Of a stretch of DNA of 64,000 nt, positions 28,148 through 38,648 are shown in pieces. The notes below the pieces were generated by a model, which ran no database searches, had not been told where the DNA came from, and worked only from the letters and a program-made list of their open reading frames with translations. Both the position numbers and the translations under genes were made by a program. Position 1 is the stretch's first letter. The number at the start of each line of letters is the position of its first letter. This DNA is from an uncultured virus (IMG/VR IMGVR_UViG_3300006112_000009) (lineage: Duplodnaviria; Heunggongvirae; Uroviricota; Caudoviricetes), in IMG/VR virus record IMGVR_UViG_3300006112_000009; one strand, written 5' to 3'.

Positions 28148-28777
28148 ATGGCAACAGCCTCACAATCACTGTTCAATATGACCGTTGCATCAGATGCGTC
28201 TAGCAACAACCAAGGTCTATTGATGCCTAAGTTACAATTCCGTTTCAGAGCATTGTTCTTAAACTTTGGTACAGGTGGATCAACAACAGAATTGACTAAA
28301 CAGGTTATGGACATTCAACGCCCACAAGTTCAGTTTGATGAAGTTACATTAGATGTTTATAACAGCAAAGTATATCTTGCTGGTAAACATTCATGGCAAG
28401 AAACGCAAATTAACTTGCGTGATGATGCTCAAGGTAACGTATCTAAACTAGTTGGTCAACAATTACAGAAACAAATGGACTTTGTTGAACAAGCCAGTGC
28501 TGCTACAGGTCAAGATTACAAGTTCCAAATCAACTACGAAGTACTTGATGGTGGTAACGGTACATTGACACCAAACGTGTTAGAAACATGGGAATTGTAT
28601 GGATGCTTCATCAAAACTGCAAACTACAATAACATGGATTATAAAACAAGCGACCCAGCTACAATTCAATTGAGTATTCGTTTTGATAACGCAGTTCAAT
28701 CTCCACTTGGTTCTGGTCTTGGTACAAATATTGGTCGTGCTTTCGGTGGTGCATCAGTAACTGGTATTGGTTCTTAA
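28148..28777 (+). CDS. tail tube protein (T4 gp19-like)
   Basis: follows sheath; PKLQFRFR, AGKH.W, WELYGCF, I..SIRFDNA. Confidence 0.85.
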   Translation: MATASQSLFNMTVASDASSNNQGLLMPKLQFRFRALFLNFGTGGSTTELTKQVMDIQRPQVQFDEVTLDVYNSKVYLAGKHSWQETQINLRDDAQGNVSKLVGQQLQKQMDFVEQASAATGQDYKFQINYEVLDGGNGTLTPNVLETWELYGCFIKTANYNNMDYKTSDPATIQLSIRFDNAVQSPLGSGLGTNIGRAFGGASVTGIGS

Positions 28778-28792
28778 TTAAGAAAGTTATTA

Positions 28793-29956
28793 ATGTCTGG
28801 ATTCATTGAGAACTTATTAACTGATACGGGCAAGGCATTTTTTGGTAATGAATACTTGCGTGACTTTCATCACGCAAGTAAAACATTCAGGACTAATAGC
28901 TATGCTTACTCACCTAAGTTTAAGTTTTTATTTCATGTTTATTTTGAAATCAACCAAGACATTAAAAATGCGTTAATTAACTTCCCTTCTGAAGGGAACT
29001 TTGGATTAGCTGTAAAGACAGTTCAATTGCCAAAGTACACATTCGATTTAGCGGTACTTAATCAATATAATCGTAAACGTATTGTTCAGACTAAGATCAA
29101 ATATGATCCTATCAACATTACGTTTCACGATGACAACGCAAACTTTATACGCAAATTGTGGTTTGCTTATTACTCATACTATTATAAAGACCCAACGCAA
29201 GTAGGTAATGTACCTACTTCTAACTCTTATGGTAGTACATCGCAGCAAAAATATAATCTGAATTCTCGTAACTTATATAATTCAAACATCACAGGTGATG
29301 CTGATTGGGGTTATATAGGGGAATCATTAGCTGGTACTCCAAACAAGATACCATTTTTTAATTCTATTAAAATTTATGGTTTTAATCAACATAACTTCTC
29401 AATGTATCAAATCATTAATCCAATGATTGAAAGTTTCACACATGATACTTACAATTACAGTGAGGGCGGTGGCATCATGGAAAATACTATGACATTGAAC
29501 TACGAAACTGTCAAGTATTACGAAGGTGCAGTTGATGGCAGAAACCCAAGCAAATGGGTACCGGGATTCGGTGAAGACGCACATTACGACACTACATTAA
29601 GTCCAATCGCTCGTCCAGGTTCTAATGCAACTATCTTGGGTCAAGGTGGTTTGGTATCTGCTGCCGGTGGTATCATGGAAGATATTTCTAATGGTAACAT
29701 TATAGGAGCAATACAGAAAACCGGTCTTGCAGTAAATACGTTTAAGAATCCTCAGAACATCCTAAACATTGCTAAAGGCGAAGCATTGGGGATCGCTTCA
29801 AGTATTGTCACGGGTAACTTAGCTGAAAATTCTAATAGAAACAATATATTCCAGTTCCCAACAGCGGATGCGTCAATTGTTAAAAACACTGTTGGAAATG
29901 TCAATGCCGCTGCTAAACCAGTAACTGACGCTATTAGCAATGCAACAAATAGATAA
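28793..29956 (+). CDS. tube-related baseplate protein (gp48/gp54-like)
   Basis: VKTVQLPK, QYNRKR, Y.P..ITFHDD, INP.I..F.HD tube-like fold motifs. Confidence 0.6.
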   Translation: MSGFIENLLTDTGKAFFGNEYLRDFHHASKTFRTNSYAYSPKFKFLFHVYFEINQDIKNALINFPSEGNFGLAVKTVQLPKYTFDLAVLNQYNRKRIVQTKIKYDPINITFHDDNANFIRKLWFAYYSYYYKDPTQVGNVPTSNSYGSTSQQKYNLNSRNLYNSNITGDADWGYIGESLAGTPNKIPFFNSIKIYGFNQHNFSMYQIINPMIESFTHDTYNYSEGGGIMENTMTLNYETVKYYEGAVDGRNPSKWVPGFGEDAHYDTTLSPIARPGSNATILGQGGLVSAAGGIMEDISNGNIIGAIQKTGLAVNTFKNPQNILNIAKGEALGIASSIVTGNLAENSNRNNIFQFPTADASIVKNTVGNVNAAAKPVTDAISNATNR

Positions 29957-29978
29957 TAAATAGCTGTAAAGGTAACAT

Positions 29979-30341
29979 ATGGCTAACATCATTGACGCTC
30001 CAAGAACACAACTAGATTCTACTGTTCGTTTGCTCGATAATTTCTACAACTTTGATTTGGTTGTAGATGCAAACAAATATGATATTGTACATTCATTCTT
30101 TTACGAAATGACTGGGCACGGGGATACAGCAGACAATTTCACACTGTTAATATTTCGTATCGCAACATTCTCAGGTGAAAACCCAATTGATATCTTAAAT
30201 TATTTGGTAGGCAAAACTAAGTTAGAAGTTAATACCTTACTCGCATTCTATCTCAATAGTTTAAAAAGTAAAACTAGTTTGTATGGAGTAAGCACCATAC
30301 CACAGCCAAATAAAAACGTTCAACGCAACATAGTTTTATAA
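29979..30341 (+). CDS. hypothetical protein
   Basis: 120 aa ORF in the tail operon. Confidence 0.65.
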   Translation: MANIIDAPRTQLDSTVRLLDNFYNFDLVVDANKYDIVHSFFYEMTGHGDTADNFTLLIFRIATFSGENPIDILNYLVGKTKLEVNTLLAFYLNSLKSKTSLYGVSTIPQPNKNVQRNIVL

Positions 30342-30793
30342 TGGCCAAGTATGCACAGGGTCAATTTACACCCACTAATCCTCAAAAGTATATAGGCAAG
30401 AACAAGCCTAAGTATCGCAGCGGTTGGGAATTTACATTCATGCAATTCTGTGATAAAAATGACAGTGTGTTACAGTGGGCCAGTGAATCAGTATCAGTCC
30501 CATATCGCAATCCATTGACAGGAAAAATGTCAAATTATATCCCTGACTTTATTGTAATCTATCAAAACAAGTTTGGCAAGCAAATTGCTGAAATGGTAGA
30601 AATCAAACCAAAGAAACAAAGTTTGATTGAAAGTAAGGTTGTTAGTGCTAGAGACCGTGCTGTAGTAGCAGTCAACCACGCAAAGTGGGCAGCAGCAATG
30701 GCATGGTGCAAGCAAGCAGGACTTACTTTTAGAGTCATCACGGAATCCGATTTATTTTACAGCGGCAAAGCGGATTATAAGAAAAAAAGATAA
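30341..30793 (+). CDS. head completion nuclease (T4 gp4-like, TnsA-type)
   Basis: NP.KY.G, YRS.WE..FM..CD, WASE, Y.PDF, EIKP..Q, N.AKW.AA, F.VITE. Confidence 0.85.
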   Translation: MAKYAQGQFTPTNPQKYIGKNKPKYRSGWEFTFMQFCDKNDSVLQWASESVSVPYRNPLTGKMSNYIPDFIVIYQNKFGKQIAEMVEIKPKKQSLIESKVVSARDRAVVAVNHAKWAAAMAWCKQAGLTFRVITESDLFYSGKADYKKKR

Positions 30794-30881
30794 TTACTAA
30801 AACTAAGTATCTCTTGGGACAGAGTAAATTACATTTTGGAAAATAGAAACCGAATAAATACTACTATTATAGGATAGTAGA

Positions 30882-31370
30882 ATGACCAAGAAATTAAGTG
30901 AACTTTTTGACCTACCCCCTTCTGATGATAATGTCAATGAAGATATTATTGAACAAGCTCAAGTTGAAGAAGTCACACAGGAAGCACTTTCAACACTAGA
31001 AAAGATTGAAAACGCATTACCGCAAGTTCGTGGACTAGAAGCCAGCGATACCGAAATGGATACGCTTGCTCAATTAGCAACAGATAGTTACAAAGATTTG
31101 ATGGATTTAGGAATGCAAGTTGACAGTCGTTTTGCAAGTGAAATATTTAATAGTGCAAGTAGTATGTTAGGTCATGCTATCACAGCTAAGACCGCAAAAA
31201 TCAACAAGAAACTTAAGATGCTAGACTTACAAATGAAGAAAGCAGTATTAGATCAAAAAGTTGCTTCAAAATCAGAAGAAATACAAAATATTCCGTTAGG
31301 TGAGGGCAGCTTAGTAGACCGTAATGAACTACTAAGAAGTATCTTGGCAAACAAAAAATCGGAACAGTGA
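30882..31370 (+). CDS. putative terminase small subunit-like helical protein
   Basis: 162 aa helical protein; architecture loosely like T4 gp16; late promoter upstream. Confidence 0.4.
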   Translation: MTKKLSELFDLPPSDDNVNEDIIEQAQVEEVTQEALSTLEKIENALPQVRGLEASDTEMDTLAQLATDSYKDLMDLGMQVDSRFASEIFNSASSMLGHAITAKTAKINKKLKMLDLQMKKAVLDQKVASKSEEIQNIPLGEGSLVDRNELLRSILANKKSEQ

Positions 31371-31396
31371 TAAATAATTAATACAGGAATTTAAAA

Positions 31397-32008
31397 ATGA
31401 AAAGCCTACGTCATTATCTAATGGAAAGTGCAAGAACATATCGTTATACTATCAAAATCGCCGGTGAGGTTGATAAGAACTTTATGGATTTGTTCAAGTA
31501 CAATCTAACCAAATTTGACCCAGTCAAAATTGAAGAACCAAAAACTACACCTATTCAGAAAGCCCCATATGGTTTTCCTGACCTAGAGAACGAGTCAATC
31601 ACGATTATCAAAGCTGAATTTAAATACCCAGCCACTGAGCCAATGATTCAACAAGTTGCTCAACAATTAGGATACAACATCAACAAAGTTCGTGTATTAA
31701 CTACTGATTATGAAGATTCAATTAATAGTGAAGCTGATAAGTATGCAAATCAAATGGATGCAGAAGATAAGCAAGCATTATTGAATACTGAAACATTAGA
31801 AGACAATGGCAAAGAAGCAAGCAAGGAGTATGCAAATCAATATCTTGATCGTGTACTTCCTAAAAAGCCAAGCGTTGCTATTCCTTATGCGGCTAAAGAA
31901 ACTCCTACTCAACCAAACAAGAGTAAAGAAGGTATTAATACTTCTAGCCCAATGAGTAAAATTACTCGCCCTCAACGACCAGCTACTGGTTCTAAAAAGG
32001 CAGGATAA
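31397..32008 (+). CDS. hypothetical head-associated protein
   Basis: late promoter 31369-31376; MKSLRHYLME-S start. Confidence 0.55.
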   Translation: MKSLRHYLMESARTYRYTIKIAGEVDKNFMDLFKYNLTKFDPVKIEEPKTTPIQKAPYGFPDLENESITIIKAEFKYPATEPMIQQVAQQLGYNINKVRVLTTDYEDSINSEADKYANQMDAEDKQALLNTETLEDNGKEASKEYANQYLDRVLPKKPSVAIPYAAKETPTQPNKSKEGINTSSPMSKITRPQRPATGSKKAG

Positions 32009-32247
32009 TGGTGGACTTTACTACTAGTCAATTATCATGGATAGTAGTCGGTGCATGTGGCATCGGTGGTACAGGTTACCTGTCAATGAATACTAATATC
32101 AATGACTTAAATACAAAGACAACAGTTATTCAAGTTAAAGCAGAAAATGCAGAAACAAAGATGAATGACATGGGTAAACAATTAGACAGAATTGAACAAG
32201 CGTTAGTAGTATTACAACAAACGCAAAATAGAAAAGGATCAAAATAA
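32008..32247 (+). CDS. small membrane-anchored coiled-coil protein
   Basis: N-terminal hydrophobic stretch then heptad-like region; TAATG overlaps. Confidence 0.55.
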   Translation: MVDFTTSQLSWIVVGACGIGGTGYLSMNTNINDLNTKTTVIQVKAENAETKMNDMGKQLDRIEQALVVLQQTQNRKGSK

Positions 32248-34583
32248 TGGATTTTAAAAGCCTATTACAGTCATTCAATACATTGAGTGAAGCTGAAACA
32301 AAAGATACAAAGACTGGACGAGTCCATAAAGGTGACTATGGTACTAGCTATGATGCTGGTGAAGAAGGTACAACAAAGAGTGCTGACGCTCCTAAAAAGG
32401 GACGCGGTCGTCCTAAGAAGGGCGCTGACGATTCAGGTGAAGTTAAATCATACGATACCAAATCACTAGGTAATGTATTTGGTGGGGGTGCTAAACCAAG
32501 CAAATCAGTTGGTACAGTTTCTAAAAAGCATTCACTAAAAGAATACATTGAATCTACCGAACAACAGAAAAAGTTTGAATCAGTAAAGGAAGACATTGTT
32601 CCTACAGATGGCACACAACAGGGTCAACAACAAGCAAATGCTGACCAAAAAATGAAGTCTAATTCTATGAATGCTATCAATAAGTTAGCAAATGCAGGAA
32701 TCAAGATTCAAAATAAAACACAAGCCGCAGATACTGCAACTAAGACAGCAACTAACCCCGGTGCTAAACTAACACCACAAGAAAAAGGCATTGATTTGAG
32801 TTTAGCCGGACAAATCAATACATTACTTGCTAAAGGTACAAGTGCTCAAGTTGACCAATTATCTAATCTAGTTAGACAAATGGAAAAGAGTTCAGGCAAT
32901 AGCGTTAATGAAAGCAAAGACGAAGGTAAGCCAGGCAAGAACTTTGCTAAGATTGCTAAGTCAGCCGCTAAAGAATACGGTTCAAAAGCTGCCGGCGAAC
33001 GTGTAGCAGGTGCAGTTCGTGCTAAGTTAATGAAACAAGGTAAACTTGAAGAATCTGCTGAAGAAAAATCATACACATGTGTACATGCTAAAAAAGGTAA
33101 ATGTGAAGTAACTGCTACCACTAGCTATGATGCAGCTAAAAAGGCAGCAGCTAAATGGAAACTCAACAGCACGTCTGGAATTGATGCACACTTAAACACA
33201 ACAAAAGTTGCAGTAGATGAAGCAGCTAAGCCAGACTTCTTAGACATGGACAAAGACGGTAACAAGAAAGAAAGTTTCAAGAAAGCCGTAAATGATAAAA
33301 AGTCTAAAAAGAAAGTAGCTGAAAGTCGTATACACGAAGATTCAGATTACACATATGAAACAGTAGCTAAGGTATTAGCACGTGAGAAGCCAGGCTTGAA
33401 CACTAGTTCTGATGACTTTGCAAGTGCTGTGTACCATGAACTAGTTGCTATTGGTATGACCCCAAAATCAGCACACAATATGTTAAGCTACAATGAAGAT
33501 TTTTTAAGTGATGTTGCTAGTTCATACGAGCACTATCAATCAAATCCAAGTTTGGATGAAGGTGCAACTGAAGATTTTGCACAAAAAGCACCAGAAGTTA
33601 AACCAAGCAAAATGGTTCAAGTTCCTGCTAAACAAGAACCTACACAATGGAGTGTAGATCCAATTAATGCTGCAACAGATAGAGCATACAATTTTATTTC
33701 TAGCTTGAAAAAGCCAAGTTTATTTAAAGAAGGTACAGATATGAAAGATATTCAAATGGAAAGCTGGGAAAAACAATTGTCTAGCTTGTTAAATGAAGGT
33801 ATTACAGTATCAACAAGCACTGGTCAACAAGGTGCTCCTGATAGTGTAAGCATCAATGCAACTGATGCAGACGCAGAACAACTATTGTCAGTACTACGTA
33901 GTGCTGGTGTAGGTGTTTTTGGCGGTAACGAAAAACCAGAAATTGGTTACGGTGTAGCACAAGGCGGCGAAGAAGAAGCTGACGGTACAGGTACAGAACC
34001 AGAAATGAGTCCAGAAGTCGTTGGTGACGGTGATGACATGTTAGCATTGATTAAGAAAATGTCTGGCATTGGTGGAGAACAACCACAAGCTCAAAACAGC
34101 GAAGATTACCAAGACGAAGAAAGTTCAGAGGCAGGTACATTAGAACCAGCTAGTGCAGATGATGAAGAATCTGATGACGAAGAACAAGATTCAGGTGAAG
34201 AGTCAGATGACGAAGAAGAACAAACTGATGAAGGTAACGCTTTCACTGGTAAATTGAAAGACACTCCAAAAGGTGAAGAATTCAAGTTAGGTGACAAAGA
34301 GTACAAAGACACAAGTTCTATCGAAGAAAACGAAGAAATGTGTGACGAGTGTGGTATGATGGAATGCGAATGCGATCATGGCGAAGAAGAACAAGTTACT
34401 GAATGGGCAAATGATGCCGGTGGTGACGCTTCTGCTGATACCGAACTAATGAAGTTAAAGGCTTTGTTGTCTGTTGGCAATGACTTGCACAAGATGAAAA
34501 CATCACAAGCTATGGGTAACCCAGTTCGTGTAACAGAATCTAAGCAAATGATTAACGAATGGAAAAAGTTAAGCGGAATCTAA
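32247..34583 (+). CDS. large acidic head-internal/scaffold-like modular protein
   Basis: 778 aa; many x-x-E sites (LSE, VKE, VNE, LEE, VDE, VAE, LDE, LNE, VTE); D/E-rich tract; KGRGRPKK motif. Confidence 0.55.
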   Translation: MDFKSLLQSFNTLSEAETKDTKTGRVHKGDYGTSYDAGEEGTTKSADAPKKGRGRPKKGADDSGEVKSYDTKSLGNVFGGGAKPSKSVGTVSKKHSLKEYIESTEQQKKFESVKEDIVPTDGTQQGQQQANADQKMKSNSMNAINKLANAGIKIQNKTQAADTATKTATNPGAKLTPQEKGIDLSLAGQINTLLAKGTSAQVDQLSNLVRQMEKSSGNSVNESKDEGKPGKNFAKIAKSAAKEYGSKAAGERVAGAVRAKLMKQGKLEESAEEKSYTCVHAKKGKCEVTATTSYDAAKKAAAKWKLNSTSGIDAHLNTTKVAVDEAAKPDFLDMDKDGNKKESFKKAVNDKKSKKKVAESRIHEDSDYTYETVAKVLAREKPGLNTSSDDFASAVYHELVAIGMTPKSAHNMLSYNEDFLSDVASSYEHYQSNPSLDEGATEDFAQKAPEVKPSKMVQVPAKQEPTQWSVDPINAATDRAYNFISSLKKPSLFKEGTDMKDIQMESWEKQLSSLLNEGITVSTSTGQQGAPDSVSINATDADAEQLLSVLRSAGVGVFGGNEKPEIGYGVAQGGEEEADGTGTEPEMSPEVVGDGDDMLALIKKMSGIGGEQPQAQNSEDYQDEESSEAGTLEPASADDEESDDEEQDSGEESDDEEEQTDEGNAFTGKLKDTPKGEEFKLGDKEYKDTSSIEENEEMCDECGMMECECDHGEEEQVTEWANDAGGDASADTELMKLKALLSVGNDLHKMKTSQAMGNPVRVTESKQMINEWKKLSGI

Positions 34584-34603
34584 TAATAAAAACTCCGCAT
34601 TTT

Positions 34604-34633
34604 AAATAGCTCACTTAGGTGGGCTATTTTTTT
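34604..34633 (+). terminator. intrinsic terminator
   Basis: AAATAGCTCAC-TTAG-GTGGGCTATTTTTTT. Confidence 0.8.
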
Positions 34634-34733
34634 GGACAGTCAACTTAATAAGTACGATAAATACTCAATGAATAACAAATATGAAAAGGTATCATATGAA
34701 TAATTGTAAATTATTAAAACACGGGGTAATAGG

Positions 34734-37700
34734 ATGAGTCAGCAAAATATAGATTTAGGCTCATTTCCAAACGATCCAAATGCGGATCCCATTAGATCAG
34801 CCTTTCAAAAAGTACAAAATAACTTCAACGAATTATACTCAGCTAACCTAGTTACAGGGGTAGCTTCCATCACTGCAGGAACTGGTTTATCTTCAAGGGG
34901 TAACTTGATTTCTGGTAACGTTACTATCTCAGCAAATATTCCTAACATTACTATACAAACTTCTACTAGCTTACAAGTTGGTGTTGGAGTAGCAAATAGT
35001 AACACAGCTACTATCTATTCATATGCTACACCTTTCACATTAGGTCTAGCAAACACAATCTCAACTGTTAATGCTAATTTTTCAGGTAATGTTGCAGTAT
35101 CTAACTTGTCTGTTGCTAACTTTGTTGGTAGTTCTTTGTTACCATATGCAAACGTAACATATGATTTGGGATCACCTGCCCACAGATGGCGAGACTTATA
35201 TTTAAGTGGTAATACTCTTACTATTGGTACTCAAACAATTTCTACTGATGCAAATGGTGTTGTCACTTCAAGTAATATTACTGTTAATGGTAACTTGAAT
35301 GCAGGTAGTGTTTCTGCGACTTACGTTGCCGGCACACTAACATCAAGCAGTCAACCAAGCATTACGAGTGTTGGTACATTAAATAATCTAACTGTTGCAG
35401 GTAACTTAGCAACCGGTGATATGACTGTTACTGGTAATTTGGCTACTGCTAATTTAAGTGCTACTGCATTGAATGTTGTTTCAATCTCAGCAGGTACTAT
35501 TACAGGTAACGTTGTTGTTCCTCCTGGTGGAAATACACAAGCTCCCGGTACCGATTCTCAATTGTTGTTCAACAGTGGTGGTAATACTGCTGCTGCTTCA
35601 GGTGTTACCTATAATACAACTACTGGTTTGTTGTCAATTGTTGGTGACGTATCAGGTGCCAACTTAGTTTCAAGTGGCGCATTGAGTGTTAATTCAAGTG
35701 CAACAATTGGTGGCTCACTAACATCAAACAATTCAATTTACGCTAATTCGGGTAATGTTCAAAGTAACAACGTAATTGCGTTGGGGATTATTTCAGCCAC
35801 ACAAACAATTACAGGTAACGGTATTATATCATCCGGTATACTTACAACAACAAGTGATGCTACTATTGGTGGAAATATTTCGGGTAAGTCATTGATTGCA
35901 AATGGGGTATTACAAGTAACAGGACTTGCTAACTTAGATGGTGGATTGATTACTAGCCAAAGTATTACTTCAAGTACATTAGTTGTCAATGCAGCAATTA
36001 CATCAGGTTCATTGTCAACCGGTACAATTACTTCTAGTTCTGGTATAACTGCTAACAACATCACATCAAATACTTTAATTACTGCCAATCAAATGACAGT
36101 AAACACTTCAATTGCAGCAACTAGTTTGACTGCAAATGGAACAATCACCACAAACATCCTTACTGTTAATAATGCAATCAATGCAAACAGTTTTAGCGCA
36201 TCTGGATCTGTCACTGCAAACATCCTTACTGTTAACAATGCAATCAATGCAAACAGTTTTAGCGCATCTGGCTCTATCACTGCAAACGGATTAGTTGTTA
36301 ATAATGCAATCAATGCAAACAGTTTTAGCGCATCTGGATCTGTCACTGCAAACGGATTAGTTGTTAATAATGCAATTTCTACTAGCAGTTTAACATCAAA
36401 TGGACAAGTAACTACAAGTGGATTAACAGTTAATAATGCAATCTCAGCAAACTCATTGGTAACTAGTGCAGGTATTACTGCAAGTGGGTTAATTGTAAAT
36501 AATGCAATCTCAGCAAACTCATTGGTAACTAGTGCAGGTATTACTGCAAGTGGGTTAATTGTAAATAATGCAATCTCAGCAAACTCATTAACTACTACTG
36601 CGGGTATCTCATCTAATACGTTGATAGTTAGTGCAAATATTACTTCGGGTAATGCAAACGTCACTGGGTTATTGTCTGCGGCAAATTTGGGCATTACATA
36701 TGGTTTATTGGCTCCAAACATTACTGCTAATTCAGGTATCACTACTGCTAATATTAATGCTAATGGAAATGTTTCGTTTACTGGTTCAAATGTAAGTGTT
36801 ACTGGATTCTTGCGTTTAGCTGACGCTAACACATCAAACGTCAACACATCAGGGATACTATCAGTATTTGGTACAGGTAGTAATAACACAGTCATTCAGA
36901 ATGGTAACATCACCACAACCGGAAAAGCTACTATTCAAGGTAATGCAAACGTTGCTAACTTGGGTACATTGCATGTGTATGCAACCGGTAATGTCTACGC
37001 TAACTCAGGATCAATGTTCAGTGTGGATCACACTTTAACTGGAAACTTGTATGCAAACTCTGGTAATATGCAGAGTAATATGGCAATTGTTATCAACAAC
37101 ATTTATTCTTCCTCTGGTAACATCAACGCCAATACAGGTAGTTTCAATGCAGTTTCAGGTAACATCAATGCTAATGCAGGTTACATAAATGCTAACCATG
37201 TTAAAACGTCAGGTAACGTTTATGCTAACTCCGGCGTAGTGTTTGGTGGAATTGTTAACTCATCTGGTAACGTTTATGCTAATACAGGAACTGTGTTTGG
37301 TAATGTAATTAACAGTTTAGGTAACATCATTGCTTCTACTACAATTACTGCAAATAGTCATTTGATTAGTAATGCAAACGTTTATGCAAACAGCGGTTAT
37401 GTATATGCCAATTACTTAAATAGTTTATCTAGTATTTCAAGTAATAATAACATCACTGCAAGTAATGGTAATATCTATGCATCATTGGGTAATATCTACG
37501 CTAACTCAGGTAACGTAAATTCTGTTCATGTTAACTTGTCAGGTAACATATACGCTACGTCAGGTTTTGTTATCGCTAATTCTGCTACAATGAGTGGTAA
37601 TATTAGTGCCAACGGAAACATCACAGGTGCTACTTTGATTGGTTCATTGTTCAGCGGTAACGGAGCTGCATTAACCAACATTCCTAATACAAGCATTGTA

Positions 37701-38648
37701 GGTACAGTTGGAACTGCAAGTTCAGTTGTCAGCGCTACACAAGGTAACATTACAAGTTTACCGAATATTACTTCATTTGGTACAGGTATTACTGTCAATA
37801 CTAGCGCAGGTAATTTGACTGCTAATAGCGTTATTGGTAATCACTATGGAAATTATAGTGGTAATGGTTATGCTATTACTAATGTAAACGGTTCCAACGT
37901 TACTGGTATAGTTGCAAATTCAACATATGCTGCAACAGCTAGTGTTGCTAACGCAGTAGCTTGGGCTAACTTGACGGGTACAGCACCAAATATTAGTTAT
38001 TTTACCAATGACTCAAATTATCAAACATATACAAACATAAGTAATTTTCATTATGTGAATACAACTTCACTGACAAGTACTTTAGCTGGTTATGTCACGA
38101 CTACAGCGTTGTCAGGCTACAACTACCTAACTACTGCGGTTACTTCGCTATCAGGAACTACAAATCAAGTTACAGCGTCATCATCTACTGGCGCAGTAAC
38201 ATTGTCATTGCCACAATCAATAGCAACTTCTTCTCTTGTTCAGTTTGGATCATTTGGAGTAGGTACTGCTGCATCAGGTGTTACGGGTGAAATTCGTGCA
38301 TCTAATAACGTAACTGCATTCTATAGCTCAGATAGTAAGTTTAAAGAAAATATTAAACCTATTAACAATGCATTAGATATTGCAACATCAGTTGGTGGTA
38401 AAACATTTGATTGGACAGATGAATATATCAGTAATCGCGGTGGAGAAGATGGATACTTTGTACGCAAACAAGATTTTGGTGTTATTGCCCAAGACTTATT
38501 GAAGGTATTTCCAATCGCAGTACGTCAACGTGAAGATGGATCACTTGCAGTTGACTATGAAAAACTAAGCGCAGTAGCTTTTGCTGCTATTGCTGAGTTA
38601 AGAGAAGAAGTTAAACAACTTAAACAACAAATCAGAGGTGAAGAATGA
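34734..38648 (+). CDS. long tail fibre with C-terminal intramolecular chaperone (peptidase S74-like)
   Basis: PND..ADPIRSAFQK N-terminus; beta-repeat shaft; SSDSKFKENI...GVIAQD...VDYEKL plus coiled coil. Confidence 0.85.
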   Translation: MSQQNIDLGSFPNDPNADPIRSAFQKVQNNFNELYSANLVTGVASITAGTGLSSRGNLISGNVTISANIPNITIQTSTSLQVGVGVANSNTATIYSYATPFTLGLANTISTVNANFSGNVAVSNLSVANFVGSSLLPYANVTYDLGSPAHRWRDLYLSGNTLTIGTQTISTDANGVVTSSNITVNGNLNAGSVSATYVAGTLTSSSQPSITSVGTLNNLTVAGNLATGDMTVTGNLATANLSATALNVVSISAGTITGNVVVPPGGNTQAPGTDSQLLFNSGGNTAAASGVTYNTTTGLLSIVGDVSGANLVSSGALSVNSSATIGGSLTSNNSIYANSGNVQSNNVIALGIISATQTITGNGIISSGILTTTSDATIGGNISGKSLIANGVLQVTGLANLDGGLITSQSITSSTLVVNAAITSGSLSTGTITSSSGITANNITSNTLITANQMTVNTSIAATSLTANGTITTNILTVNNAINANSFSASGSVTANILTVNNAINANSFSASGSITANGLVVNNAINANSFSASGSVTANGLVVNNAISTSSLTSNGQVTTSGLTVNNAISANSLVTSAGITASGLIVNNAISANSLVTSAGITASGLIVNNAISANSLTTTAGISSNTLIVSANITSGNANVTGLLSAANLGITYGLLAPNITANSGITTANINANGNVSFTGSNVSVTGFLRLADANTSNVNTSGILSVFGTGSNNTVIQNGNITTTGKATIQGNANVANLGTLHVYATGNVYANSGSMFSVDHTLTGNLYANSGNMQSNMAIVINNIYSSSGNINANTGSFNAVSGNINANAGYINANHVKTSGNVYANSGVVFGGIVNSSGNVYANTGTVFGNVINSLGNIIASTTITANSHLISNANVYANSGYVYANYLNSLSSISSNNNITASNGNIYASLGNIYANSGNVNSVHVNLSGNIYATSGFVIANSATMSGNISANGNITGATLIGSLFSGNGAALTNIPNTSIVGTVGTASSVVSATQGNITSLPNITSFGTGITVNTSAGNLTANSVIGNHYGNYSGNGYAITNVNGSNVTGIVANSTYAATASVANAVAWANLTGTAPNISYFTNDSNYQTYTNISNFHYVNTTSLTSTLAGYVTTTALSGYNYLTTAVTSLSGTTNQVTASSSTGAVTLSLPQSIATSSLVQFGSFGVGTAASGVTGEIRASNNVTAFYSSDSKFKENIKPINNALDIATSVGGKTFDWTDEYISNRGGEDGYFVRKQDFGVIAQDLLKVFPIAVRQREDGSLAVDYEKLSAVAFAAIAELREEVKQLKQQIRGEE
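36150..36600 (+). repeat. 63-nt (21 aa) tandem repeats within the tail fibre
   Basis: near-identical units VNNAINANSFSASGS.TAN (x3) and VNNAISANSLVTSAGITASGLI (x2) plus degenerate copies. Confidence 0.85.

Noticed and set aside
36089..36895. 268 aa minus-strand ORF
   Set aside because: Shadow of the repetitive, codon-biased tail fibre on the + strand.
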